Assembly: GCA_963555985.3 (NCBI GenBank)
Contig: OY820591.1
Location: forward strand, 1,919,085-1,983,084
DNA length: 64,000 bases
Reading direction: 5' to 3'
From: Dehalococcoidia bacterium
GTDB taxonomy: Bacteria; Chloroflexota; Dehalococcoidia; Bin125
A program made the position numbers and the translations under genes. The notes below the pieces were generated by a model. That model was given only the letters and a program-made list of their open reading frames with translations, had not been told where the DNA came from and did no database searches. Positions 1-10,962 of this stretch are shown piece after piece. The number at the start of each line of letters is the position of its first letter. Position 1 is the stretch's first letter.

Positions 1-1338
<1,338 letters not shown>

Positions 1339-1408
1339 GTCAGCGTCCTTGTCTCGGCATCAGCTCGCTCGCATCGCTGTTGAAATGTTAACGCTCCCCA
1401 AGCGGCAT

Positions 1409-1663
1409 TCAGTCGCCGTCCGCGCCCGCATCCGGAACCAACCCGTCGTCCGAGATCGCCTCGGCGGTCATCTCCAACACGCCTATCCAGAAGCCCTCGG
1501 TCGAACCCGGAAAGTCGTGAACCAGTTGCCGAATCACTTGCCGGCCGTCGGGCAGATCGGCGTACGCGAGCACGATCATGATCAATGCGTCGACCGCCTC
1601 GCGATAGATCTTCTCGACCGCAGCCTGCTCACGCAGCGCCTCCAGATCATCCATTTCGCTCAT
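1409..1663 (-). CDS. Hypothetical small acidic protein (84 aa)
   Basis: ORF track. Balanced, non-shadow amino-acid composition. Sits between acs and the divergent rhodanese gene. No recognisable motif. Confidence 0.45.
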   Translation of the reverse strand: MSEMDDLEALREQAAVEKIYREAVDALIMIVLAYADLPDGRQVIRQLVHDFPGSTEGFWIGVLEMTAEAISDDGLVPDAGADGD

Positions 1664-1778
1664 CGCTCTCTCCTTCAGCCATTACGCCGTCGGCCAGCTG
1701 TCAGGGGCTGTCCTCCCCGGCCAGAAGCGATGATACGATGCAGGCAGGCCCGCAATCAGCCAAGCCGGGGGATAGACG

Positions 1779-2123
1779 ATGGCGCAACAGGAACCCTTTC
1801 AGCGAATTTCGGTGACCGAGGCGGAAGAAAAGCGCCAAGCCGGGGTCGCCTTGGTCGACACTCGAGAACTCGACGAGTACCAGGACGGGCACGCCGCCGG
1901 CGCGCCTCTGCTCCCCTACATGAGCGTGATGACCCAGGCCGAGAAACTCGAAGAGATCGCAGGCGGCAAAGACCAGCCCCTGATGTTCATCTGCGCCAAG
2001 GGCCAGCGCTCCGCCGTCGCCTGCGAATTCGCCGCCGCGCTCGGCTTCACCGACCTCTACAACGTCGAAGGCGGCACCGACGCCTGGATCGCAGCCGGGC
2101 TGCCGATCGAGTATCCCGGCTAG
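1779..2123 (+). CDS. Single-domain rhodanese-like sulfurtransferase
   Basis: 114 aa with the typical rhodanese layout: DTRELDEYQDGHAAGA, active-site loop CAKGQRS and C-terminal GGTDAW. Confidence 0.85.
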   Translation: MAQQEPFQRISVTEAEEKRQAGVALVDTRELDEYQDGHAAGAPLLPYMSVMTQAEKLEEIAGGKDQPLMFICAKGQRSAVACEFAAALGFTDLYNVEGGTDAWIAAGLPIEYPG

Positions 2124-2162
2124 CGTGCCCCGAACCGATCCCGCGACGAGCGGCCGCGTCCG

Positions 2163-2768
2163 ATGCTGAGAAACCTGAGCGGCACCCAGCGCTACGCGCT
2201 GTTCGTGCTGCTGGTCGTCGTCATTGTCGTGATCTACCTGTTCGTCAGCGGCGGCTTCCGCGAACTGACCGGCGGCGGCGAAGAAGAACAGACCGCAACC
2301 CAGACCGAACCGAGCGACGGCGTCCGCCTGCGTCAGGTCGGTGAACTGGTCGCCTTCGCCGAAGTGCCGCTCGGCGACCGCGCCCTGGTCGGCGACATCG
2401 AGATCGCCGTCCAGGCCATCACCTACCCCGATCAGGTGCGCATCGCCGGCTTCTGGCGGCAGCCCGCCGAGCGCTACGGACAACTCGTCCTCCGCGTCAC
2501 CAATCGCGGCTCAGCCTCCGTCCTGCTGCCGCTCGAATCCCTCCAACTGGTCTCCTCCGATGGACGCTCGTTCCTCGCCGACGCTGTAGTCTCCGCCGGA
2601 GCCGCCGCCGTTATGGAAGGCCCGGTCTACGCCGCCCCCGTCCTCCTCCAACCCGGCCTCACCGTCACCGTGCTCATGATCTACGAACTCCCCAACGACG
2701 CCGGCGGTCTCCAACTGCGCGCCACCGGCGCCTGGTTCGACTTCGCCCTCCGCGAGTCCGACGAATAG
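2163..2768 (+). CDS. Membrane-anchored hypothetical protein (DUF4352-like beta-sandwich ectodomain)
   Basis: N-terminal TM segment (ALFVLLVVVIVVIYLFV) followed by a beta-rich domain ending ..YELPNDAGGLQL. The family assignment is from memory of DUF4352 patterns. Confidence 0.55.
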   Translation: MLRNLSGTQRYALFVLLVVVIVVIYLFVSGGFRELTGGGEEEQTATQTEPSDGVRLRQVGELVAFAEVPLGDRALVGDIEIAVQAITYPDQVRIAGFWRQPAERYGQLVLRVTNRGSASVLLPLESLQLVSSDGRSFLADAVVSAGAAAVMEGPVYAAPVLLQPGLTVTVLMIYELPNDAGGLQLRATGAWFDFALRESDE

Positions 2769-2785
2769 CCGCGAGGGGCGCTGCC

Positions 2786-3448
2786 ATGACCATCCTCATG
2801 TTCGACATCGACGGAACCCTCTCCCACTCCCAGGGAGCCGGTACCGCCGCCATGACCCGCGCCTTTCAGGAACTCTGGGGCATCGAAAACGCCCTTGACG
2901 GCATGGACTTCGCCGGACGCTCCGACACCTGGATCGTCCCCACCGCGCTCGCCGCTCACGGACGGGAATGCTCCGCAGACGACTTGGCGCAGTTCATCGA
3001 CGCCTACGTCCCCGCACTGGGCGCCGTCCTCGCCGAGCGCGAAGCGCGCCTCTGCCCGGGCGTGCAGGAGTTACTGGATGCGCTCCGCGGCGAAGACGTA
3101 GTACTCGGACTGGGTACCGGCAACTTCCGTCGCGCCGCCAAAGCCAAACTGCAACCACTCGGCATCTGGGACTACTTCCTCACAGGCGGCTTCGGCGACG
3201 ACGCAGCCGACCGCACTTCCCTCCTAGCCGCCGGCCTAAAGCGATTGCGCGAACACTCCCATGACGGCGCGGATGTAGTTGTGATCGGAGACACCGGCCA
3301 CGACATAGAAGCCGGACAAGCCATCGGCGCGAGAGTCGTCGCCGTACGTACCGGCTACGCCAAACCCGGAGAGCTGGATCAAGCCGATGTGATTCTGGAC
3401 GATTTGTCCAACCTGGAGCAGTCCTTGCAAGCGTTGCTAAGCAGCTAG
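2786..3448 (+). CDS. HAD-superfamily hydrolase (phosphoglycolate-phosphatase-like)
   Basis: Motif I FDIDGTL at the N-terminus, motif III/IV region VVIGDTGHDIEAG, 220 aa. Confidence 0.85.
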   Translation: MTILMFDIDGTLSHSQGAGTAAMTRAFQELWGIENALDGMDFAGRSDTWIVPTALAAHGRECSADDLAQFIDAYVPALGAVLAEREARLCPGVQELLDALRGEDVVLGLGTGNFRRAAKAKLQPLGIWDYFLTGGFGDDAADRTSLLAAGLKRLREHSHDGADVVVIGDTGHDIEAGQAIGARVVAVRTGYAKPGELDQADVILDDLSNLEQSLQALLSS

Positions 3449-3532
3449 CCTCACCTTCTCTCATCCTCGCGCCCCCTCCGTCATTGCCGCGCCCATCCAG
3501 GAGTCCGCAACCGCTTGCGGTAGCCTTGAGCC

Positions 3533-4201
3533 ATGTCTACCGGACTCCTCGTCGGCATCATCATCCTGCTGCTCGTAGTGGGCGTACCGCTCTTGCAGGC
3601 GATCATCCGCTGGGCCCAGCGCCGGCGCTCGCTCGCCGCCGCCGGCGTGCCCGACCTCCGCGCCGCCGGCCTCCGCTCCGAAGAACTTCCCTCCGGGCTA
3701 TCCGCACAGGAACGAACAGCCGTGACCTCCGAAGAACTCGCCTTCGCCGACGACGATCCCCAGACTCGCATCCGCGAACTGGACGACGCCGGCCGCATAA
3801 TCGGCTACCGCGAAGTCTTCCGCGATCCCCGCTCCTGGGGCGAATTCGCCGACTGGCTGCTCGCCCAATCCCTCCACCGCCGCCGCGCCCACCGCCGCGT
3901 AGAACTGGAGCTCACCCGCTACGCATCGGCGGAACAGGCGGAGACCTCCCTCAACGACACGCCGCCGCCCCAGATCGGCGAGGACGACATCCGCATCAGC
4001 GACGCGGGCGAACGCAGCGGCGTCAAAGCGCGCGAATGGACCCGCCTGGAGGCCGGCGAGACCGTCCAGCGAATGCTCGAGCTCCGCTTCGCCGCCGGAG
4101 ATGTACTCGCAATCATCCGAGGCGATTCCGAGCCGGCCGGCACGCTCAGCGACGATGAAGTCTGGCGCTTGGCCGACGCAGTGAAAGGCCGCTTGCGATG
4201 A
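3533..4201 (+). CDS. Membrane-anchored hypothetical protein
   Basis: N-terminal TM segment (LLVGIIILLLVVGVPLL) followed by a soluble acidic domain. Its stop overlaps the next small ORF in an ATGA arrangement. Confidence 0.55.
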   Translation: MSTGLLVGIIILLLVVGVPLLQAIIRWAQRRRSLAAAGVPDLRAAGLRSEELPSGLSAQERTAVTSEELAFADDDPQTRIRELDDAGRIIGYREVFRDPRSWGEFADWLLAQSLHRRRAHRRVELELTRYASAEQAETSLNDTPPPQIGEDDIRISDAGERSGVKAREWTRLEAGETVQRMLELRFAAGDVLAIIRGDSEPAGTLSDDEVWRLADAVKGRLR

Positions 4202-4344
4202 TCCCCTTTCTCTGGCGGCTGCTGATGCTGGAGTGGCTCTGGAAATTCCTCTTCGGCGATTGGCTCGTCAAGCGAATCTGGGGCGACGAGGACTCAGAAA
4301 AACGCCGCCGTTCCCGGGAACGAGAAGCAGAGGATGAACGCTAA
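4198..4344 (+). CDS. Possible 48-aa Trp-rich hydrophobic micro-protein
   Basis: Below the ORF-track size cutoff. ATG at 4198 overlaps the upstream stop (ATGA) and the TAA at 4342-4344 overlaps the start of the next gene. Translation: MIPFLWRLLMLEWLWKFLFGDWLVKRIWGDEDSEKRRRSREREAEDER. Confidence 0.3.
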   Translation: MIPFLWRLLMLEWLWKFLFGDWLVKRIWGDEDSEKRRRSREREAEDER

Positions 4345-4807
4345 AGAGCGCGCCGAGCTCCTCGCCCGCTATCGGCGAGCGCCAACCCTGCTGGCCGAGT
4401 CCGTCGCCGGCGTTTCGCTCGCCCAACTCGACGGCAAGCCTCCCGAACCCGGCTGGACTGCCCGCCAGACCGTGCACCACGTCTCCGACATCGCCATAAT
4501 GGGCGCGCTCCGTCTGCGCATGATGCTGGTCGACATCGAAGTCGAGTACTGGCCCTACGAACAGGACACGCTCCAGACCCGCCTGCGCTACCGCAAACGC
4601 GCCGTCGGCCCGGCGGTACGCACAGTCGAAGCGCTGGTCGAGTCCTCCGCCGCCATCCTCGACACCCTGCGCGAAGACGAGTGGCTCCAACCCCGCCCCA
4701 TCCCCGGCAACGACTCCCGCAGCATCGAAGACTGGCTCCAGGCCAACACCCACCACATCGAAGAACACGTCGATCAGATCCGCTACTCCCTGACAGGAAC
4801 GTGTTAG
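4334..4807 (+). CDS. DinB-family (DinB_2 / four-helix-bundle metal-binding) protein, paralog 1
   Basis: WTARQTVHHVSD.. and C-terminal ..HHIEEHVDQI His motifs typical of the DinB superfamily. Confidence 0.8.
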   Translation: MNAKERAELLARYRRAPTLLAESVAGVSLAQLDGKPPEPGWTARQTVHHVSDIAIMGALRLRMMLVDIEVEYWPYEQDTLQTRLRYRKRAVGPAVRTVEALVESSAAILDTLREDEWLQPRPIPGNDSRSIEDWLQANTHHIEEHVDQIRYSLTGTC

Positions 4808-4829
4808 GCGAATCTGGGGACGCTACCTG

Positions 4830-5294
4830 ATGTCCGACCCAACAGCGTTGACGGCTGACCTTCTTGCGGAAGCGCGCAAAATCGAGCAACTCGTGAGCAG
4901 TCTCTCCGGGTCCGACCTGAACCGCCGCGAAACCCCCAACGACTGGTCCGTACGCCAGATCATCCACCACATCGCCGACGTCGAAGTCGGCGACGCCATG
5001 CGCCTGCGCCAGATGCTCGCCCACGACGCTCCCCTGATCGTCGCCTACGACGAGAACCGCTTCGCCGAAAAGCTGCACTACGACCGGCCAATCGCCGCCT
5101 CGCTGGCGACCTTCTCGGCCTTGCGAGCCTCCAACGCTGCAATCCTCGAGCGCATCCCCAACGCCGACTGGTCGCGCCAGGGCCGCCACGAAGAGCACGA
5201 GCTCTACACGGTCGAAATTCTGGTACACAGGAGCATCGAACACGACCGCCTCCACCTCCAGCAGATGCAGCGAGCGCTCAACTCCCCAACTTGA
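4830..5294 (+). CDS. DinB-family protein, paralog 2
   Basis: WSVRQIIHHIADVEV.. and ..SIEHDRLHLQQM, with the same architecture as the upstream gene. Confidence 0.8.
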   Translation: MSDPTALTADLLAEARKIEQLVSSLSGSDLNRRETPNDWSVRQIIHHIADVEVGDAMRLRQMLAHDAPLIVAYDENRFAEKLHYDRPIAASLATFSALRASNAAILERIPNADWSRQGRHEEHELYTVEILVHRSIEHDRLHLQQMQRALNSPT

Positions 5295-5321
5295 ACGCAT
5301 CGGCTCGAAAGGAACAACCGG

Positions 5322-5930
5322 ATGACCGCACAGTCATACACCCAACAAGACATCGAAGACCTGCTCTCCAAGATGCAACTGGAACGCGGCAGGCTCATCG
5401 CCGCAGCCGAGGCGCTGCGCGGCGACGACGCCGACCGCGTGCCGGTCGACGCCGTCGGCGAGGAACAGTGGACGGCAAAAGAACAGCTGGCCCACCTGAT
5501 GGAGATGGAGCGCGGCTACATCGCCTGGTGTCGGGCGAGTCTGGCCGAGTCCGGCGCGGATGTGAGCGCGGTGCGGGGCATCCCGGTCGATATCCCGATC
5601 GAGGACGCGCCCGATCATTCGGTGCGGGAGTTGCTGGATGCGCTGATCGCGGAGCGCGTGCGGACGAACCACTTCATCCGCTCGCTCTTGCTGGAGCAGT
5701 TCTCCAACACCGCTGTGACGCCGGGCTTCGGCGAATTGACCGTGATGCAGTACCTGCGCTCGTTCTACAGACACGACCGCCAGCACACCGCCCAGATCGA
5801 GGGACGCCAGTCCGACTACAAGCCCAACTTCCAGTCGGGCGTCGAACCAAATCAGCGAACTACGCGAATCGAACAGGTCGCTCGCCGCCGCGCCGCCGCG
5901 CAGTCGGGCGGAAACGGAGACAATCCATGA
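5322..5930 (+). CDS. DinB-family protein, paralog 3, with a basic C-terminal tail
   Basis: WTAKEQLAHLMEME.. and ..FYRHDRQHTAQI. 202 aa. Confidence 0.7.
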   Translation: MTAQSYTQQDIEDLLSKMQLERGRLIAAAEALRGDDADRVPVDAVGEEQWTAKEQLAHLMEMERGYIAWCRASLAESGADVSAVRGIPVDIPIEDAPDHSVRELLDALIAERVRTNHFIRSLLLEQFSNTAVTPGFGELTVMQYLRSFYRHDRQHTAQIEGRQSDYKPNFQSGVEPNQRTTRIEQVARRRAAAQSGGNGDNP

Positions 5931-6322
5931 GCGAGCAATCCGAATCCTCGGAATGGCCGGAGTGGCGGCGCGAGTGGGAACGAGCGCGCCCCCAACTCAA
6001 CGTCTGGGTCTCACGCGGCCAAGAGTGGGCGCGCGAACGCCAACAGCCGCAAACCCCGCGCTCACGCGCCCAACAAGCGCTTCGCGGCGTCCTGCTCTTC
6101 CCCGTCAACCTCCTTGCCGCAGCCTCAGGCATGATCGCAGCAGCCTTGGCGGCCGTCATCGGGCTGCTCGTCGTTGCTCTGTTCGCCTGGATCGCAATGG
6201 GCGTCATCGCCTCCATCATGGTCAGCCGCAAAGGCTGGGACTTCCGCTTCGGCTGGATCCTCGGCTTCACCCTCGGCCCCATCGGCGTCGCTCTCTCCCG
6301 CCTCCTCCCCACACGCCGCTGA
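5927..6322 (+). CDS. Small membrane protein (131 aa)
   Basis: Internal ATG at 5927 of track ORF 5291..6322 overlaps the upstream stop (ATGA). Two to three TM segments. C-terminal motif RKGWDFRFGWILGFTLGPIGVALSRLLP. Confidence 0.6.
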   Translation: MSEQSESSEWPEWRREWERARPQLNVWVSRGQEWARERQQPQTPRSRAQQALRGVLLFPVNLLAAASGMIAAALAAVIGLLVVALFAWIAMGVIASIMVSRKGWDFRFGWILGFTLGPIGVALSRLLPTRR

Positions 6323-6337
6323 GACAGCATCCATATC

Positions 6338-6440
6338 ACCCTCTCCCCCCTTGCGGAGCCTGTCCCCGCGTAGGCGGGGAGGGAGATGTCCCGTAGAGCC
6401 TGCCCCCGCGAAGGCGGGGGGACAGAGGGGGGGTCCTCCC
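6338..6440. repeat. Family-A hairpin repeat cluster (reverse orientation)
   Basis: ..ccctctcccccc..cccgcgtaggcgggg..gcccccgcgaaggcggggggacagaggggggtcc. This matches the units at 41296-41375 and 50681-50762. Confidence 0.8.
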
Positions 6441-6540
6441 TCACCCCTCTGTCAACCAAAACACACCCCAACTCCAACACATACGAACACACATACGGTA
6501 AGCTCGACTATCCACCCGCAGAACAAGAGAGCGAGCAAAG

Positions 6541-7452
6541 ATGAGCTTCCCCAACTTCCCCAACCCCGCCCGCCGCGCCAAACTGCTCCAGGCACACCAA
6601 CTCCGCCAACAAGGCCTCACCCTCCGACAGATCGCCCAAGCGATGGGCTGCGCACACTCCACCGTCGCCGCCTACCTCAAGGACTTCGAACTCTTCCGCG
6701 CCGACCTCATCCACGAACTCGCCGCCGACCAACTCGTCTCCCACCTGCTCCAACTCGCCGACCTCGACGACCCCCACCACGACCGCCGCCGCGCCGACAT
6801 CCGCGAACTCCGCCTGCTGCTCACGGCCGTGCCCAAAATCCGCCGCGACGAGTCCGAGCGCACCCAAGAACTCGTCCAGGGCGGCGTCAGCGTCGACCGC
6901 TACGGCCAACGCTACCCCAGGCCCGAACGCTTCTTCCCCCCCACCCCCGAAGAGATCGAGCAGATCAACCAACCCCACGCCAACCCGGAGACCGAGCTCG
7001 ACCCCGACCAACCGCTCGCCCTCGCACCCGAACCCAGTCGAACAGAACCGAACGCCTCCGAACACGCCGAACGCGCCCAAGACACCGACGCACCCGCCCG
7101 AACAGAACCGAACAAGCCCGAACACGCAATCGAGCAATCCCCCGACGACAACGGCGAATCAGAAGAATCCGGCCAGAATTCCCCGCCCCAAGCGCCCTAC
7201 CCCGGCTACATCGACGACCCCCAAGACCCCCTAATCCAGGCCGTCGACGGCCGCGACCCCAGGATCCGCGAATACCTTGAACTCAGCCGCCGCAAACGCC
7301 CCTTCCGCTTCCCCCAGGCCCCCAACCCCCAAGACCGCTGGAGCTGGATCGACCACCCCCAAGACCCCATCGTCGCCGCCGCCCGCGACAGCCTCAGCCT
7401 CCAGCGCATCCTCGAACAGAGCCGCCAATACCGACAACAACTCCCCGCCTAA
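6541..7452 (+). CDS. HTH DNA-binding protein with a long acidic/Pro-rich tail
   Basis: N-terminus QGLTLRQIAQAMGCAHSTVAAYL resembles a sigma-70 region-4 or resolvase-type HTH. The rest is low-complexity. Confidence 0.6.
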   Translation: MSFPNFPNPARRAKLLQAHQLRQQGLTLRQIAQAMGCAHSTVAAYLKDFELFRADLIHELAADQLVSHLLQLADLDDPHHDRRRADIRELRLLLTAVPKIRRDESERTQELVQGGVSVDRYGQRYPRPERFFPPTPEEIEQINQPHANPETELDPDQPLALAPEPSRTEPNASEHAERAQDTDAPARTEPNKPEHAIEQSPDDNGESEESGQNSPPQAPYPGYIDDPQDPLIQAVDGRDPRIREYLELSRRKRPFRFPQAPNPQDRWSWIDHPQDPIVAAARDSLSLQRILEQSRQYRQQLPA

Positions 7453-7463
7453 ATCCCAAAATC

Positions 7464-7690
7464 CGTCATTCCCGCGCAGAGAGGCCTTTGCGAAACCCCC
7501 ATTTCCGTCATTCCAGGCTTGACCTGGAATCTCGTTCCGAGTTCGGTCCATCAGGTCGGGCGAGATTCCAGCTTTCGCTGGAATGACGAGAGCAGCGCGA
7601 ATGCCAATTTGCAAAGGCCTCCGTAGGCGGGGAGGGAGATGTCGCGCAGAGCCTGCCCCCGCGCACGCGGGGGACAGAGGGGGGCGTCGC
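7464..7690. repeat. Mosaic repeat cluster (family B modules followed by a family A module)
   Basis: gtcattcccgcgcag.., gtcattccaggcttgacctggaat.., ttccagctttcgctggaatgac, then ..gcccccgcgcacgcgggggacagagggggg. Confidence 0.8.
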
Positions 7691-7845
7691 ACCCGAGCAG
7701 AGGGAATGAGAACGCCCCAGTCCGATCAGTTCAGTCGCGCCTTACCTCCCTCAAGAGGGAGCAAAGCGCTCTGTAAGCGTGGATCACTCGCCCTGAGCGA
7801 CCGATCCGATCTCTCTATCCTTGTGCCGCGAGAGAAGGAGCCGGC

Positions 7846-8823
7846 ATGAACCGGGCTTGGCGCGTCTTCGTAACCCGAGAACTACCGGGCGACGGCTTCG
7901 CCGCCCTCTGCGAGGACGACGCCTTCGAACTCGATATCTGGCCGGGCGACTTCCCGCCCCCGCGCGAGGCGCTGCTGCAACACGCGGTCGGCATGGACGG
8001 GCTGATTTGCCTGATCACCGATAGAATCGACGCAGCCGTCCTGGACGCAGCAGGTGAGGGCTTGCGGGTGGTCTCGCAAATGGCGGTAGGCGTAGACAAC
8101 GTCGACGTAGCCGCCTGTACAGCCCGCGGCATCCCCGTCGGCAACACCCCGGGCGTGCTCACCGAGACCACGGCCGACATCGCCTGGGCGCTGATGCTGG
8201 CCTCGGCCCGCCGCGTGGTCGAAGCGGCGGAGTACGTCAAGCACGGCGATTGGCGAACCTGGACGCCGACCCAGATGGCGGGCGTCGACGTCTACGGCGC
8301 CACCTTGGGCGTGATCGGTTTCGGCGCGATCGGACAGGCTGTAGCACGACGAGCGCAAGGCTTCGGAATGCGCACGCTCTACTGGAACCGCACCCTGCGC
8401 CCGGCCCAAGCCGAAGCCGTCGGCGCCGACTACCGCAGTTTCGAGGAAGTCTTGGCCGAGTCGGACTTTGTCTCGATCAACATCGCCCTCACCGACGAAA
8501 CTCGCGGTCTCATCGATGCGGACGCACTCGCGCAAATGCGCCCCGGAGCAATCTTGATCAACACTGCCAGAGGCCCCATCGTGGACGAAGACGCCTTAGC
8601 CGAGGCGCTCGCGGCAGGCCAAATCCGCGCCGCCGGCCTTGACGTGACCGCAGTGGAGCCGCTCTCGATGGATTCGCCCTTGCTCAAGATGGACAACGTA
8701 GTCGTCTTGCCCCACATCGGCTCGGCCAGCCTCGCCACCCGCTCGAAAATGGCGGACATGGCGGTCGCCAACCTCCGCGCCGGTCTCGCCGGCGAACCGC
8801 TCCCGCACCAGGCGGGCGTCTAG
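7846..8823 (+). CDS. D-isomer-specific 2-hydroxyacid dehydrogenase (glyoxylate/hydroxypyruvate reductase-like)
   Basis: NAD fold GVIGFGAIGQAVARRA, catalytic region INTARG..VDE and ..LPHIGSAS. Confidence 0.9.
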   Translation: MNRAWRVFVTRELPGDGFAALCEDDAFELDIWPGDFPPPREALLQHAVGMDGLICLITDRIDAAVLDAAGEGLRVVSQMAVGVDNVDVAACTARGIPVGNTPGVLTETTADIAWALMLASARRVVEAAEYVKHGDWRTWTPTQMAGVDVYGATLGVIGFGAIGQAVARRAQGFGMRTLYWNRTLRPAQAEAVGADYRSFEEVLAESDFVSINIALTDETRGLIDADALAQMRPGAILINTARGPIVDEDALAEALAAGQIRAAGLDVTAVEPLSMDSPLLKMDNVVVLPHIGSASLATRSKMADMAVANLRAGLAGEPLPHQAGV

Positions 8824-8832
8824 AGACCCGCA

Positions 8833-9510
8833 ATGAGCGAAGCCGGCCGCCCCGCCTGGACGCCCCAAGAGCCTGAGCCGGGCAACCTCTGGCTCGCCCG
8901 CGCCCTCTGGGACTCCGGCGGCATTATGTTTGGCGACTTCGACCTCGGCGCGACCCTCGGCTCGCCCGTCTACATCAACGTCCGCCGCTTGATCGGCAAC
9001 CCCTGGGCTCTGCGCCGAATCGGCGATCTACTCACCGACGAGACCCGCACCCTGGGCGGAATGCTCAGGCCGCACATCGCCCCCTTCGAGTTGATCGCGG
9101 GCATCCCCATGGGCGGCCTGCACGTAGCAATGGCGTTTTCGCTGACCTCGAACATGCCCCTGATCTACGTTCACCCCCCCAGCCAGGCTCGATACGTCGA
9201 AGAAGAGATCGAAGGCTCCTACTACCCCGGCCAGTCTGTCCTCCTCGTAGACGACCTGATGACGCGCGGCTCCAGTCTGCTCGAAACCACGGACCTGCTG
9301 CGCTCAGCGGGCCTTATGGTGCACGACGCCTTCGTCCTCATCGATCGCGGCTCCGGCGGCGCCGAGCGCCTGCGCCGCGAAGGCGTCACCGTGCATCCGC
9401 TGCTCACTCTGGACGCCCTCCTCAACTACCTGCTCTCCCGCGACCTCATCACCCAAGCCGTCTACGCCAAGTGCCTCACCTGGCTCGAACAGCAGCAACG
9501 ACCGGGCTGA
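8833..9510 (+). CDS. Type-I phosphoribosyltransferase, orotate-PRTase-like
   Basis: PRPP-binding loop VLLVDDLMTRGSS, in an OPRT-like length and layout. Confidence 0.75.
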   Translation: MSEAGRPAWTPQEPEPGNLWLARALWDSGGIMFGDFDLGATLGSPVYINVRRLIGNPWALRRIGDLLTDETRTLGGMLRPHIAPFELIAGIPMGGLHVAMAFSLTSNMPLIYVHPPSQARYVEEEIEGSYYPGQSVLLVDDLMTRGSSLLETTDLLRSAGLMVHDAFVLIDRGSGGAERLRREGVTVHPLLTLDALLNYLLSRDLITQAVYAKCLTWLEQQQRPG

Positions 9511-9585
9511 CGTGGTGTTGACAGGGCAAACGCGGGCGCTGCCGTATCTTCTCCTCAGACCGAATCAAGCGGAAAGGCGGCGCTG

Positions 9586-10629
9586 ATGGGCGGCTTCTTG
9601 CGAGTCCTGGTCTTGGCGGCGCTGGCCGCCGGCGCGGTGATCTGGCTCCGGCGCGGGGACGGCCGGATCCAGCTCCGACTCGGCGAAGACGCCGACCACG
9701 ATGACCGCGAAGCTGACCGCCGCCGGATTCGCGAGCTCGCCGAAACCGTCGAGCAGCTGCGCGGAGAACTAGACGCCGCGAAAGACGCCTGGCGAGACCA
9801 AGGCCAAACCGACGAACGCCTCGACACCCTCTGGTCGGAGCGCGAGCGCCAGCGCGAGCTCGAAGCGCGGATCGCCGAACTCGAACAGGCCCGCGCCGCC
9901 GACGCAGCCCGCGCCGAAGCCGAAGCAGCCCAGCTGGAACGAATCTCGACAGCTCTGGACGCACTCCGCGACGAAGTCGCGGCAGCCCACGCGCAGTGGC
10001 AGGCCGGCGACACGGATCGCGAAGACCGCATCGACGCCGTCCGCCAGGAGCGCGCCCGCGCCTTCATGCTCGAACAGCAGCTAGCGCAAGCAGACGGCGC
10101 AAAGCCCCCGCCGCCGGCGTGGTGGGAACTGGAGCCGCCAACATCGTTCGCCGAACTCGCCGAGCAGGTGCGAGCCTCGCTCCCGCTGATCGCGTTCCCG
10201 GATTCAGCCCTGACCGCCGCTGCCGAACTCGATCAGTCCGACTCAGCCCAAGCTTGGGCCGCCGAGACCTGGCGCGGGCTGGGCGCGCTGTCCGAATACG
10301 CCGCCCGCGCAACCCGCGACCCCAACGCGGCAGAAGCAGCGCTGCCGCCGGAATGGGACTTCACCCGCTGGTGCCGGGAAGGCGGCCACCCCCAAGCCTG
10401 GCCGCCGCAGCGGATCGGTCTGGATCGCGCCCGGCGACTGTTCGCCGTAGACCGAGGCGTGAACTGGTCGGGTCAAGTCGTCGCCCGCACCCACCTACTC
10501 GTCGGCGACTCCGCCGACGCTGCCTCCCCGGTCCTCTTCATCCACGACGACGCCCGCGGCCGCAGCGGCCAAATCCACGTCGTCTTCCTCGGCCCGCAGC
10601 GTCACGCCGCCTCAATCCCCGGCATCTAG
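9586..10629 (+). CDS. Membrane-anchored coiled-coil protein, unknown function
   Basis: N-terminal TM segment (VLVLAALAAGAVIWL), about 150 aa of E/R/A-rich coiled coil, then a globular C-terminal domain. Confidence 0.55.
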   Translation: MGGFLRVLVLAALAAGAVIWLRRGDGRIQLRLGEDADHDDREADRRRIRELAETVEQLRGELDAAKDAWRDQGQTDERLDTLWSERERQRELEARIAELEQARAADAARAEAEAAQLERISTALDALRDEVAAAHAQWQAGDTDREDRIDAVRQERARAFMLEQQLAQADGAKPPPPAWWELEPPTSFAELAEQVRASLPLIAFPDSALTAAAELDQSDSAQAWAAETWRGLGALSEYAARATRDPNAAEAALPPEWDFTRWCREGGHPQAWPPQRIGLDRARRLFAVDRGVNWSGQVVARTHLLVGDSADAASPVLFIHDDARGRSGQIHVVFLGPQRHAASIPGI

Positions 10630-10647
10630 GCTCCGCTCGGATCGCCC

Positions 10648-10962
10648 CTAGCGATCATCCCGCTCCCAGCGCGGCGGCGGCTTCGCCGGCGGCGGCGGCC
10701 AACCCGGATCCCGCCGCTGCTGCACATTCCAGTCGCCGCCCCGAGGATCGCGAATCTCGCCGGGCGAATATCCCCAGCCGCCGCCACCGCCGTCCGGCTC
10801 ACGGCGCTTGGGAATGATCAGGATGATCCCAACCCCGATCAGCCCCAGCAGAAAACCCAGAATCGCCCCCAGCCAGGGCGACCGCCCCTTCATGCGCACG
10901 GCGATCACCGCCCCAATCGCGGCAAAGATCAACGCGGCGACGATCACAGCGGCAAGGTCCAT
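10648..10962 (-). CDS. Small membrane protein (104 aa)
   Basis: Internal ATG at 10962 of track ORF 10648..11247. Two TM segments. Motif MKGRSPWLGAILGFLLGLIGVGIILIIP resembles the C-terminus of the 5927-6322 protein. Confidence 0.55.
   Translation of the reverse strand: MDLAAVIVAALIFAAIGAVIAVRMKGRSPWLGAILGFLLGLIGVGIILIIPKRREPDGGGGGWGYSPGEIRDPRGGDWNVQQRRDPGWPPPPAKPPPRWERDDR

Noticed and set aside
6174-7280. A 368-aa plus-strand ORF and many similar long ORFs (for example 37488-39500 minus, 670 aa; 39535-41115 minus, 526 aa; 35868-36818 plus; 28055-29149 minus).
   Set aside because: Their composition is extremely Arg/Pro/Ala/Gly-rich, they have no motifs, and they lie antisense to or out of frame with genes that carry clear family signatures. 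These are the typical shadow ORFs of high-GC DNA.
9508-9588. The PRTase gene (ending in TGA at 9508-9510) and the next ORF (9586) share a frame with no intervening stop, raising possible readthrough or Sec.
   Set aside because: The 25 stop-free codons are unremarkable at this GC content. There is no hairpin, the TGA is at the normal C-terminus of a PRTase, and the downstream protein has its own N-terminal TM start.
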